Source: Paragordius varius
Lineage: Eukaryota > Animalia > Nematomorpha
Direction: 5' to 3'
NCBI GenBank assembly: GCA_964247055.1
Contig: OZ176053.1
Location: 11,470,001-11,534,000, forward strand
DNA: 64,000 nucleotides
Positions within the stretch are counted from its first letter, which is position 1. Every line of letters starts with the position of its first letter. The notes beneath the pieces are model-generated. The model was given only the letters and a program-made list of their open reading frames with translations. It was not told the origin of the DNA and ran no database searches. Shown in pieces: positions 25,710 to 40,700 of the stretch. The translations under genes and the position numbers were made by a program.

Positions 25710-28700
25710 TCAAGAAGAATGCAGTACAATACGTATTTGTTTAAGAATCCAAGCTATATTTTCCCTTTGTTTATTAGTCCAATGTTTTCCTCGTCGCAAT
25801 TTTTCACAAAGCTTTTCAATCGTATGATGAGATTGTTCAATCTTTGGTTTCAATTTGGCACCAAATACATTGCATAAATCGCTGAAGAATAAAAAATGTC
25901 TATTTTTTATTCAAAATAAAATGTATAATCGCTTATTTTTCAGGTTTTACAGTCAAATTTTGATATTTCGTTTTATATAAGATTATTGAAAAACCCCACG
26001 CTAATCCTTAATATAAACTTAAATATGGATTCTGTCTCTATAGTTAAATAAGTTTTTTGTAAATATATATATCCTTGCGCCAAAAATATTTAGTTAACAT
26101 ACAAATAACATTGCATTGATAATTTTTTTTGATGCATCTGTATTCTTAAGTTGATATTTCCCTTATTAAAATTACACGATATAATAATCAAATACTGCCA
26201 AAATCCAATAACACCCATTTGAACTTAATAAAACTATGTTAACAATATAAAATTAAAGAAAAAACAAAAAAATATATACCCTAAAAGACTTCCCGTTTGT
26301 AACAATAATTGATTGGTCGAATCCGGATCTAAGGTTATAACGTCTATAAAAGCCACAATATTCGGGATATAGGGTTCGACAATAGTGATTGGTTCTATCA
26401 AATAATGAAAATTATATGTAAGTATAAAAATTTATCCTAAATTTTTTTATAAAAATATTTATTTAATAATGATTAACAAAAATTGGATTTTATTTAAAGC
26501 AAAATGGTACATAAAATTAATATTTGGTTTAAAGTAAAATTATTAAAATATACTTGGAACGATGGTGGATTCTTCGGAAAAACCATTTATTATGCCTAAC
26601 ATAATTAAATATATGTTATATTTAATTAATAAAATAGTATTGAAACTTAGAATTGACGTTTATTAAAAAATAAAATTCTATACTAAAAAACTAACTATTG
26701 TGAGAAAAGAGTTGTTTATGGTGCAGATTACCTTTCTAGTTTGAGATAAATAATAAACTTTTAACATTTTTATTATTTGGTGGATAAAAAATTATCCAAA
26801 ATTTAAATTTTATTATAAATTTTTGTCCGGGTTATTGATAATTTACATCTATAGTTAAAAATCTAAAATATTCAAAAATTTTATTTTAAACACTTAAAAA
26901 TCTATTTAAAAATATAATCTTAATACGCCAAGTAGAGTATGAAACTAAAAATATTAAGCCGCATAAAAGCAAAAAAAGAGTGAAAAATGCTCTAAAATTA
27001 AGCATTCAAATATAAATTTTATTTAACCCGAAAAAATTTAACTTTTTTGAGTTAAAATGTGTAAAATATCAATAATTTGATAAAAATAGCTATAAAATAA
27101 AATTGAAAAATAACCAGAAAATGCCGAAACGCAACTCTCCCTTAGGGTGTTAACAAAATCTATCATAGCTTCATCGGTATACTCATCTAATTATGTTAAA
27201 AAATTATAATTAAAAATAATAAAATGGTAAAATCTGTTTAAAAATATTTAATAAACGAATTTGCTAAATTATTTAAAAAACCATAAAAAAACGCTCAAAA
27301 GCCTGGTTTTGAAACCACTTTGATAAAATAGAACTATAATGATTATTTGTGCGTTTTTAATTTACCCCTGTTAAAAATTTTACAGTGACAGTCTTATAGA
27401 TAATACATTTTCGATATGTAGATTCTAAATTTTTATAATAAAAACTTTTTCGCTAACGGTAAAATTGAAATAATAAGAAAAAGTATTAATTGAGCGACGA
27501 ATTTTAAAAAGATCACTACTTTTTAACCCTTAATTTCAAAATTATAATTATTAAGATTGTCAAATGTATAACTAAGAATGTTACTACAAATTACATATCA
27601 ATACCTTGTTTTTCCCCCCAACTTAAAACAAAAGGGTTTGCCGACAAATACTCAAGGTATAAAAGAGTATGAATGTGTTTTTTTTGCATAAAAAAATCTA
27701 CTAATTGTTGCCTTTATAATTAAATTTTTTACTGTAATTATAAAAATTTTATTAAACCAGCAAATCCAACAGATTCGGCATCGGGTGAAGGCTTAAATCT
27801 ACTGGCTTGTATTAATGCATTTAACATTTGAGGCGCATAAGGGGCAAATGCGGGCCCCATCAGAATAACCATCGTACTTAGGCATTCAAAAATGTGTGGT
27901 TTCAACATTTTGTCGGCATTTGGATTCTAATCGAAATTATACAACGATAAAAATGGAAATTATACAGACAAAATTCAAAAACTAAAAGATGAGAAATATT
28001 AAATTAAAAGATAACTAACCATGCTTACTTTTTAGAACTTTGATATTTTAGATATGAATTAATTTTAAAGAGAGTGTATTAATATCTTATATCTATATTC
28101 CATGTTTAGGACCCATAACGATGAATCTATATAAAAATGAGATTTCAAAAATATGGTTATCTTTTAAAAAAATTATTTTAGTTTTTTCGTTTAGTCATAT
28201 AACATTAATAAGATATATTATACGCTTTGGAAAACAATAATATTTCGGATAAATTATGTGTAATAATAAAGTATAAATTCCATAAATCAAATGGGTTATG
28301 ATAGTTTAATTATTTAAACTTAAATATCTTTTCTCCTAAAAAGAGAAACAATAATTTTTGATAATAATCAAAATGACAGGTAGATTTTCTAATTTTGGCT
28401 CAAAACCATATTCTAAGTGTTCTTAAAATTTTAATGAAATTATTATTATTATTATACTGCAAGTATTTGTATTAGAGCCGTAAATATGGGTTCCGTATAT
28501 GGTACAAGTTGTTTTTGCAATGTTTGATACAAATCCATAACGACCATCAGAGCAGATAAACATACCTAATATGTAATTTATTTAATTAAACTAATTATTT
28601 TGTTTTTGATTGGTAAATAAAATATTATTATGTTATTGTGATTTTTGTTGAAAAAATCTCCAATTTTCGTTAGTAAGAGTAAATTATAGAAAAAATAATA

Positions 28701-31700
28701 ATTTTATATAATCATTTATGACAATTATTTAAAATAACTTTATATTATAACGTAAAAGAAAAAAAGTCATAAAAAATTAAAAACTAAATAAACCTTGGTA
28801 TCATCCACCATGGCGAGCGATGACAATAAAAAGGGGAAAAACATTTCCCAATACTTCATAAATTTTTCACCATAAGCTTTTTAAAAAAATATAATTGTAA
28901 AATATATAATATAACAAAAAAGATATATAATATTAAGTAGTTATTGCGTAAGTGGTTTGTTTATAACAGAATAAAACCAATTATTTATATGTAATTTTCA
29001 TAAAACACATTACACTAAAAATCAAAGATTAAACAATAGTAAAAAAGTGAAAATATTCCGTAACATACACCAGGATTAATAATTCAGAACAAATAATAAA
29101 TTCGGGCTAAACCAAATATTATATAATGCTAGTTTTTATAACCCCAAAATCAATTAAGATAGTATTTAATTTTTAAGGGTGAAATATCAATGTTAAGTGT
29201 TAAAAAATGTAAAAAACGTATATTTAATCAAAAATGTTTAAGAAGAGTGAATTTTAATATAATTTTTATAACTTACCAACAATTAGGGTACTTATAGTTA
29301 AAAGTACATCCTCTTGCACAAAACTAACAGCATTTAGTTGCGTTTTTAAAGTGGGCGATATAACATTATTGGTGGATGCATTGTAGAGTGAAAGGATTTG
29401 TAGTAGAGCCAACATTATTATATCAGCAACGGACATCAAATTTTCTTCTTTCAATTTACGTATTGAACTCTAAATCCGCAATATACAGTAAAAATTGGTA
29501 TATTATAGCAAGCAAATTTTCTTTGAAAAAGGCTACAAATTGAATTATAGAATTAACAACATTTTATGAGCTATGTTAAAGTCAAAATTTGGAAAACACG
29601 CTAAATATATAATATAGTACCAATATAATTTAGTTTAATTTCAAAACATCCAACAAATATTTAACTAAAATTCAAAATTCTCATTTTTTTCTCTTTTGAT
29701 TAAATATGAAAATTTAAACAACCCCATAAAACTGAGAATACAATGACAAGTGACACCTTAAATTAATTTTTCCCTATTGTTTTCCATTTTTCCCAGTTCA
29801 AAAAATGTCGTTTAATTCTTAAAATAAAAATGATCACATATAAATTTAGTTAAAAAATAACCTGTAATACAAGGCATAGATAAGATAACATTTGAGCAAC
29901 ATTCATTAGGTCTGAGGTAGGAGTATTGGCTTTGTCTCCACCAGCCCCTAAAAGTAGGAAAAATGTTAACTATATTGTAAAGGGGTGAACAAAAACCCAT
30001 TTTTTAATAATAACTAGGAATAAAAAAATGACCGAACGTTCAAATATAATTTTATTTTATTGAACATATAGTAAAAATTGAAATTATACGGATTAAATAT
30101 ATAAAAACAAATTTTTTTAGACAACCCTACTTTAAACCTTAATTTTTCCTATATAAACTATTTAGAAATCGTAAAATAAAAATGATATTACCAATCCATA
30201 TCTAAACCATATTTAGCAAATAAAACAATTAGTTAAAAAAATGAGATTTTAAAAGTGTGATTTTATATATATTTATACGTTTTAACCGTATAACTTCAAT
30301 TTTTACTCTAAATCATGAGATATTTAAACCATAAATTGATTGGATATTGTGAGATTGAAAAAAAAGCAAAAGAAACCCTTAACATAAAAAATAATTTTAT
30401 TCGTTTATACTGAAAGGATGTCCAAAACAAATGACTTTGCAGCAGGCTAAATTTGCATTATATGTATGGATGGACATGATTAATAATTTATTAGATTTTA
30501 AACATATGACTGTAAACTGAAATAACTAATATTTATTTTAACAATTTTTGCAACGTTATTGCCAAAATTTGGAAAAAGTTATTGGAAAATTTGTTTAAGA
30601 AAAAATCAATTTCCATTAAGATTACGCAAATTTTGAGATTTCTTGCAAGCCGCAGAAATAGTTTGAAGAGTTAAATGCGGTCCGCATGTTGGACACCCTT
30701 GGTTTAATGTTACAAACGAATTAAATATTAAATTTCTTAGCAAATTTTTTTGCAAAATTTGTAACGCATTTCTTATATATATATATACATATACATTTGT
30801 TGTAAATAAGATAATCAAACAAGATGTAAAAAACAATTTGCAAAAAGGGATATATACTATTGGGGTTATCATTTTAATAACGTTTTAAATTTAACTATAT
30901 GACTTTAAAAATGGATCCAAAACTCTTTAATATACTTTTTAATCTGGAACCTAAATTGCCAAAAACACCAGATTACCCAATTAAAGAGTTATCAGAGATG
31001 TAGAATTTTACTGAAAATTTTAGCCGTTTTTTTGATCCTATAAATAAATTTATTTATCATAACAAAAAACCCATACGTTGCCTTGATAAATGCCTAAAAA
31101 TGGATCAATTATTTTTTGATAAAATAAAATTACCCAAAGCATTAGAAGCCATTTGAATGGTTTGTTTAAGGCTTTCCAACACAGTACTCGTGACTTTGAG
31201 CAACGTTTCATAACAATCCAAAGGACAATATTTGAGGAAATCAGCGATAGCTTGGAAAACTGCACCTTTAAGATTAGTTTGTGAACCATCATTTCTATTT
31301 TACCCAAACAACATACAAAAAATAATATATATATTATTGATGGCCAAAAATAAAGTGTATTTAGGGTTAAAATATTATTAAAAAACTGTTCAAATTAAAA
31401 AAGCACATCTAATTTTAATTATATTTAGAGTTATACCATTTTTCAGTCAAAAGTAACATTTTTTTCAAGCAGAATTGGGATTGGACGAATATATATTGAC
31501 GTTTGCTAGAAAATGTTGCATTTAATTGAAAAAATGTTGCTTCTGACTGAAATGGTATATTTATACCAAAGTATTTAAATAATAAATAACTAAAATTTGT
31601 GACCATAAATCTTAATAAAAATGAATTTTTGTATAAAAATATATATTTGAAAGATAAAGTTAACATATATATACATAGAGATATAAAATTGCACATCTCA

Positions 31701-34700
31701 ATTATAATGTTTAAAAATACATATATTTCATAATATACAAATTTTGTTTTATATTATTATAAAACCATTCTTTTTATAAATTTTTTAGAAAATCTGAATA
31801 TTCCAATCTTTCCGAGTAACCCAATAACCGGCCTACGATTTCATACATCGATATATAAATAATTTATCGAATACATTTCCTTTCCAAGTACAACACAAAA
31901 ATGTAATCTAATGGAATTTTAACAACTAGTGCTAAAAATCTTTTTCGTCCCTAGTTAACCGTATTTTCTTAACAAAAAAGATTCTGTTAAAATGCCAACC
32001 TTTCCGAGCAAGCCAATAATTGACCTACAATAGTTTCATACATGGGAGAAAGGATAAATGTTTGAGGTGATGAGTTTGGTTCCATCGATGAAATATAATG
32101 GGGAGAATCGGGTCCCCCAGGTAGTGCTTGAACATAGGCATTCTCAGCCAAATTTGTTAGAGCCTTAAAGTTGTTAAAAATAAAATTAGAGCAAGACAAA
32201 ATGAAAAAACTGTTTTATTTCTGTAGACATAAATAGGCATGTGTAACACTTAAATTGATCTTTTTGGTTTATATTTAAATTTTTTTGGATAAATATACCC
32301 TCCCAAAAATAAATTAGTGTCAATATAAACATGTGTGCTAATATCTTATTACTGGAAAAACTAATTTTTGCGTATTTTTTCCAATCTGTAAAAATATTGC
32401 ACGTTTATTTATGCCGACTAATAAAAGTTGGCAATATTTTCACGATAAAAAACATATTTTCTCTTTGTAAAACTCCCTGTGTGTAGTGTATTTTACAAAT
32501 AGAATGTGTATAAAAAATAAAATTTTATACCCAACAAATATTGAGAACAATTTTGGGTTCGGCGCTCAAATTTTCTAGCAGAGCCGTTAAAACGGGTGAT
32601 ATGACTTGTGGAGTAAGGACAACATGAGGTAATTGTTCACAAATTCGACCTAATCATGGTTAAACACAGTAAACAGCAAAGTTATTGGTTAAATTAGACA
32701 ATAATTTTTGACTTTTTTTAAGTGCCATTCTTGTTAATGTAAAATATATTTTATTAATTTATAATAATATATTTTAAAAAAATTGGTCCAACACCCAAGA
32801 ATTTTTTTAATTAGGGTTTATTGAAAGATTTTGGCCCGATTTTGTATTAGACTCGTAATTTTCAATATAAAATTTTTTTAAATATAGAACCAGGCATTAT
32901 ATATCATTTTAAAGAGCGCGAAAGAATAAAAGTTTCGAATGGTCGTCATTTGAAAAAAATTATGTAAAAGTTTTTGGCTTTATATAGTCAAAATTTTACA
33001 CCCATAAATGAGTTAAAAAATTTTACAGCTAATTTAAAAATCATATAAATTATTTTAATATAATTATTAGGGTTACATTAGTATAAATTTTAAAAAAATC
33101 ATGAAAAGAGCTTTTGCTTTTTTAATTATTTTAAACAGATATTAAAATGCATAGTTAAAACTGTAATATTACATTATGGTTATAAAAGACCCAGAATACT
33201 TTAAACTATTCTGGTCTTTGAAATTTTAAATTTCTAAGCCTTTTAAAGAAAACAATTAATATTGATGAAACGGTATTTTTGTAATTAAAAATGGATGGCT
33301 GTTTCGAATAACATAAAAGTAATAAATAAATACCATCCACCATAATCAAAAAAACTCTCTTGTGTTATATTGACATTTATTGTTATATACATAAAGATTG
33401 AGTTATCTATTAGATTTTAAATGTATATTACAGTCATGTATCCTTAATTTTTTCAAAAAAAAATTTTTCGTTATGGGTATAAATATTTGGTAAATAATGG
33501 AAAAAACACGAGCTCTATGGTATTAACAATATCAAATCCATCAAAAAATATAAGAATTATCATAGAGTTTTTGTTTTTTCCATCCTTTACCATATATTTA
33601 TAACCATTTAACGAAAAAAATATATTTTTAGGATATTGAGAAAAACGCTCTCGCTTTGCGGGTTTGTCGCTAAAACATATTCACTTAAAGTTTTCATTCT
33701 CTTTCAAATATATTTCAAATGGGAATGTGTTGTATATTTTCAAAAAAAACATATTTTAGTAAAATCTAAATTAAAAGGGCACATAATCACAAAAATTCAA
33801 ATAATAAATAATTGTTAAATGGAATTATAATATTTATTACATTACTGTTAAAATGATAGTTAATACCAGAAAACAAAAAATTCGAGTGGCATAAAAATAA
33901 GTTGTCTAGTGTTATCTTATGTGTTTTATAAATTTTAAATCATATAAAATAATAACATGCATTCTTTTATAAAAAATTTTAATCAAATTTCCTACGAAAA
34001 TAATTTTATGCAGCAATGAGTCATTTTAATGGACTATACATGTTTTAAATTGTTTATTGGGAAAAAATAAATAGTTTTATATTTTTCATGCTTAAATCAT
34101 TCATATGTTAAAAACGATTAAAAATCATACTTGCTGTCAAAAAAGCAATATTTTTCCCCTATACCCCAATTTATAAGACCCATATAACTAAAATACTGTC
34201 ATTTCATAGATTTTTAACAATATTTTTATCGTAGTATATGTATACATAAGTTTTAATCTTGAACATCATAAAAAGTTGCAATAACTTGAAAAAAAATTTT
34301 ATATTTTTATTTTATCCAAAACTATTCAGTAAAAAATTAATGAAAAAATAATTACTATACGTTTATTGCCATTATTATAATTTAAACCCGAAATGGGTAA
34401 AATTATGATAATTTATACCTATAGTCCATGATGCAGTATCTCTAACCATAAGAACCGAATCTTTGAGCAATGGCAAAATGTGAGGCAAAGCTTGTTCTAC
34501 GATAGGTTTAAGGAGTTCGGGACTTGGACCTTCCATCATACAGCCTAGATTAAAAATCAATTTTAAATATTTTTGGCTAAAATATACCATTTACAATTCA
34601 AATTCACCCTTGAACAATTCAAATTCACCCTCGAACAATGCAAATTCACCCTCAAATAAAATATATGTTTTTTAGGATTAAAAAATAACAATATTTTTAT

Positions 34701-37700
34701 ATATTTTTTTTAAAAAAAATTCGGGTTTAAATTAAACTAATTCTGAAAAAAATAATAAACTATAAAATAAACATAGATTTCATATTAATAATGAGTTATA
34801 TTAGTTCGAAAATATATAATTTATTTTTAGGGTGAAAGGTGAATTTGAATTGTTCATGGGTGAATTTGAACTTATATATGAAAAAGTAATCAGAGACAAA
34901 AAAAGAGTTTTATAATTATAAAGACACATATGCATAGAGAAAATCACACTTTTCAATCTTGATTGTATAAATATAGATCCACCTTTGGGTTAAGTAATGT
35001 AGATGTAAATTGATAACACAATAAAATTGGTTAAAACCATTCGTATTTATTTAAGTTGTATAGGTAAAAATTAAGGACAAAAATATGATTTTCTTTAAAT
35101 CAAAATAACAATATTTGTCTTCACGCTTTTATTTTTTGTCTTTTATTTTTATATAATATATTTAATTAACAAACGATTAAACTATGTACAAAAAAGAGCG
35201 CTTTGTAAAGTAATTATCCAATAGTGATGACCAGGCGCTTTTACGGTTTTAACATAAAATCCTAATTTTCATGGTAAAATCTTCTAAAGTTTAATATATC
35301 CAACAAAATTACAAGTTTGTGATATTTTATATCTTTCATAATAAACCAAAAATATATTGATAATATATAATATTTTACGAATATATCCGAAGAATATTAT
35401 TAAACACTGATTATTATTAAAAATATGAATATTAATTGCATTTAATTTTTTAAAAAAACTAATAATATTATCTAAAAAAATCACAATTTGAATATTATAT
35501 GGCGTCATTATAATCCACTGTCTTCCTAAACCAGAGATTAGCATATATCATGATCATTCTTTATTAAATTTTACACTTTATACATTGAATTAATGGTAAA
35601 AAAATTTTTTCAGTCAAAAGCAACTTTTTTTCCACCAAACTTTGCGTTTGTTCGAAAAAAGTCTTGCTTTTAACTGCAAAAATGGTCTATAAATTTTTTC
35701 TAGGGGGGCGAAAAAATATGTATACCAAAAGCCATGATAGAAGCTTCCCGAGCCCTCCAATCCGACCCAAACAGGTGATCTTTAATAAAGGGCAGGAGTG
35801 GACCTACAATTTCATCCCCACACACGGAGGCCAGCAATGAAAGGCAAACGCTTGCTGCTTTACTAGGGATCCATTCTTCATCATCTACTTGGCCGGATTC
35901 GTCCTAACACCAATGCAATTTTAAGTGTTTTATAAACGAAAATTATTTATTTTTATATATATATATATATATAAATTTATTGAATCGTTGTCTATTGGTA
36001 TAATTGGTTTTCAATAAAATTATTTCCATCCTTTTATTATAAAAATATATATTAAATTTTTAATTTTATAAAGAATATTTACCTATTTATATGTTAGTTT
36101 ATGCAAAGGTTAACTTTATTCCCTCATTTTTTTAAACATCAATAAATTTATTTGAATATATATAATTAAGTTAATTTCGATCCATCTGACCTGATATATC
36201 ATATTATATTACTATTTAAAGGATAGTTTTGGCTTGACATGACAAATTTATTTACAAAGATAAAAATTGGATGGCGAAAAATAGTTCCTTATAGTAATAC
36301 TTTACGAAAGTAAATATGTAAATTCAAATTTTTTATATATAAAACCGAAAATAAAGGCCATTTATATTTGTAAATATTTAATTTATCTATAAAGAATTTC
36401 AACTCTTCTGTATCTAACTTTCACGAAAAAAATTAAAACTAAACTATGCTTGAATTAATAACAATTTTACTTTTTAGTCTTTTAGATTAAAAAATAAATG
36501 AATTTCATATTATATTGTTATTTCATATCAATTACTTTAGATAAAAAAACCATCAAAAAACTTTACATACAATTTTGAGATATACATATCAATGTTGGCA
36601 TTTTTTTCAATTTGTAATGGATATATAAAATAATAATGAATTATGCAAAAATATAACCCTTATTTGCAATTTTCACACTTTTTAAGCACTTCAAATAATG
36701 GTAATTGAATGATAATTAGAAAATACTTGTTTAGTAAGCGTTTCAGTAAGTATGGGAAGGAGAAAGGGTAAAGCACCCTTGGCATAAAACTTAAGTATGC
36801 GATTTTGATTTCCAGATCCACCATTTACATGATCAACAACTAATTAACAAAGAATATTTATCTCAATTTAACAATTTTTAACACAACAGCAATATTGTAA
36901 GTCCTTCCTACTTTCGTATATAAAAATAAATGCAATTACAAAAGAGAGTTCTGATAATATTGAGGATATTGTAAAACGATGTTTGAGATATGATTAATTA
37001 CATATTATTCTTGAAACAATTTGGTAAATAAAACGATAAATAGGAGATGTGGCCAAAGTTGCGCATGTATTTAATACTAATATAAAAAAATGTTTATTTT
37101 TAGTTTAAAAAACTTTTCATTTTACAGATACAAATTGGTTAATTTATGTTTAATATGCCCATTCTAAAAAACATATTTTTCCAAACAAAGTGAACAATTT
37201 TGATTTCGTTTGTTTTATCAAAAGCCCAGTCCATTTCAATCGACTTGGGAAATAAAATCAATTTTTAAAATGCCTTATTAAAAATGGCTAAAGTTGAAAA
37301 ATAATACAGAAAAAACGTAAAAAGTAAAGACAAATACACTTTTTAACACATTTAACTACATAAATGGAATTTCGAAAAATATAATTAAGTGTGGAAACAT
37401 TTACATATCTATTCTTTATTTTGCAACACACAATATTAAGTTTAAAAAAAAATGTTTTTATAGAAAAAAATTTGTCTATGAGTTTTTCGTTTCGTTGTTG
37501 TCATTATTTTAATTATGTAATAGGAAAATCAAAGTTCAAAAAGTATGGCTTGGCTGTGTGTAAAACAATATCCATAAAATTTCAATTACTGTTTCCTTTC
37601 CTCCAATCATGAGAAAACAGGTTTTCAGTCAACCTAAACAATCGTATTCTGCGTTTAACTAAATACTATCGTTTTAAACGACTGGCAAATCAAAAATACT

Positions 37701-40700
37701 TTAAAAGTGTTTTAAAATAAATAACTGGTACCAGATGGATCAGTATTATTTTGAGCTAAATTAGGATCTTGTGCATTTAGAGCTATTAAATCGATTTCCT
37801 CATCACAAACCGTGGACCAAAATTCGATGCCTTGTAAGGCTACATCTTCACGATCACTTTTCATAGCGTTCAAACTTATCTACGTAACATATTAAAATTG
37901 AGAGAATTACGCATTTTATTTATGAAATTTATTAAAAAAAAATTAAGCTGAAATGCGTACAAATATAAAAAATATATATTTTAATTTTCGACTTTTATAG
38001 AAAAGTCTTTATCGAAAAAATTCAATTACCTATATCACACTATATAAGGCATCTAATCACGTTACAATTCATTTCATATTTTTTTCGATAAAGACTTTAC
38101 TATAAAAGTTGAAAATTACAATATATATTTTTTAAATTTGTACGCATTTTAGCTTGATTTTTTTAATAAACTTATCTACGTAACGTATCATTTAAATATA
38201 CTACCAGTTCTAATCTCATTAAATATATGTGTATATATTAATATAAATTCAGCAAAAATATAGAATTTATCTATAAAAACATAAATTTTCGTTTACTAAA
38301 AGTGTTCCTCGTTGAATGTAAAAATAAAATCAAAAATTAATGGATAAATTATAATTTATATTTAGTAAAAAAACGTATATTAAAAAATACATTAAATATT
38401 TATTTATTGTAGATTACTACCATAATTACCATAATAAAATTTAAAAAAATTACAAATCAATCCATTATAGGTAAAAAAATTCCTATAAATATATACCGGA
38501 AAAAGAGCGGGGTTCATATAAGTTTCCATGTATTCGTAATATAATTGCATGATTTTGACTAGGCATTGAAGGGCACAAACTTGAATCTAAAATCAACAAA
38601 ATTTTCAAAAAAAATAGTTTTTGCATAGAAAAAAGTTTAATAATCTTTATAAAATCCATTTTTTTTAAAAAAACTTATGTGACTAACTAATGTTTAACTT
38701 ACAGAGACTTCAGAAGATTGTGTGGCTTCACAAACAACTTGCATTATGTAATTACGTTCATTCTAATGTTATGAATCATATAAAAATTTATATAATTTAA
38801 AAAAGGTGGTATCATTAGACAGATTAAAAAAATGTGAAAATAATTACCTCTTGTTCAAAATTAGAATGGATAAATTCGAGGGAATTGAGTAAAGCAGTGG
38901 TAGCAGCAAGTTTTATATGGCTATATATAAAAACGTATAATTTAAAATCATAAAAAATTCCTCTATTTTTTATCACTTTTGACCATTTTTAGGAATTATA
39001 TACATGTAATTATCAAAAATGGAGCCCTATAACAAATCAGTTGTTTTTAAAAAAAATATTGTAGTTATTAAAATTTATAATATTTCTAACAATTAAATTT
39101 TTCCCTACAAATAACCTATGATATTGATATGTAATAAAATAAAAAAATTCAGACTTTTTTATTTTTTTTGAGTTTATAATCTTGTGACGCGTTTTTGAGC
39201 CTAATTATTGTAAAATTAAGATCTAATATCATGGAATCTATTTTGACAAAAAATTTACAACATATGCCTACTCATGTTTAAAATAAACAGTTAATCATGT
39301 AGATAATTTACTAATTAAATTGTAAAAAGATTAAATTTAATTTATTTCTCCAAGTTAAGTTTTGATTTTGAAAAACATTGAAATATATAAGACGTTTTCC
39401 AAATTTGAAATGATTAAGGTAAAATAAGTTAACTATTATAGTTAGGAATGAAATAACTCTTAATTAATTCATAGATAATTTAGGCACATAAAATTCTAAA
39501 GTTCTTTACTAAGTCAATCGCATTACACCAATCAAAATATTTTGAATTATTGTCTTAAAGCTTATGTGTAATTGATTTAAAAGAAAAAAAATTATAGATT
39601 TATCTAAGTTTATAACCATTATACTGGAAAAGTTTCTATTTAACACAGTAATAAAATTCATATATAACTACTTATTGGCGTGATTCATCCCATGAATAAT
39701 TGCTGTTAAAATTACATTGGAGTATGGGAGGAGATAAGCCGAATCCTAAATATAAAATAAATAATGAAAGCTAAAATAATATGTATAATTGACCAAATAA
39801 AAAAATAACAATCATACAATATGGTTTTGTTTAAAAAGACAAAAAAACGCGAGCCATATTAGATAAAATGCTATCAAATAATTAATTGAATTATTTTTTA
39901 AATTTATCAATTATGTCAGTGATTCGATTACATGATATCACAATATTAAGTTCTAATCTTTTTTTATATATAAAATATTAGTAAATATATTAATTAAAAT
40001 CATATAACCATATGATTTTCTAAAATCTTATCAATTATTATAGTAATAATCAACTGTATTTAATTTCCCTAAAATAACTTCTACCACCTGTCTGTAATTA
40101 TATATTTCATAATAACTGTGGAACTCCAACTTAATTTTGGCTCTGATGACAGTGATGACTGCTTATAAAAATTATAAAGCCAGTGACATATTTAAAAAAA
40201 AATGTAAAATTTGCATTAATCCTTATGAATATATTTTCAAAACTATAAAAACAATTTAAACGGAAGTGATTTTTTTAATATTGTCATGCAATACAATTTA
40301 CATTTATGGTAGTGATGGGCATATTCGTAAAAGCCGATTATCATTTACGCAGTTAAAAACCCGACCCAAGTTTTAAAACAGTAAGAATAAATTACTATTT
40401 CTTGACAAATATAGCCCACAGCCTCGAGAGAGCCTTCAACCAATGTAACATTAGTCCCTTGTGTTATATTATTAGCAAGAGTTGTTATAATTTCTGGACT
40501 TTGTTTTTTGGGTAATTCCGCGGCTGATATGTATGCTATACACTGGGCAGCCGAACTGGGTCTTAAACCTTCAAAATGTAGCGCCTTTAAAATCTATATG
40601 CAAAAATATGGTAATATGTGTTATGATGGATGTTGTAATCAAAAATTATTTATAAAATTAAACATTTTGTTTAATTAATTCCCGTATGTTTGGTGGAATT

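Noticed and set aside
27600-27670. Possible extra KPNB1 exon ([15 protein letters not shown])
   Set aside because: No good acceptor, and exons 20 and 21 already join in phase.
29812-31307. ORFs 29812-30000 and 31050-31307 as listed in the track
   Set aside because: They overlap true KPNB1 exons but in the wrong frame; the conserved peptide is in another frame.
40080-40190. Exon-like segment in KPNB1 intron 4
   Set aside because: Exons 4 and 5 join directly (ICQEI-DSAYL) in agreement with the conserved protein, and this segment has no similarity.
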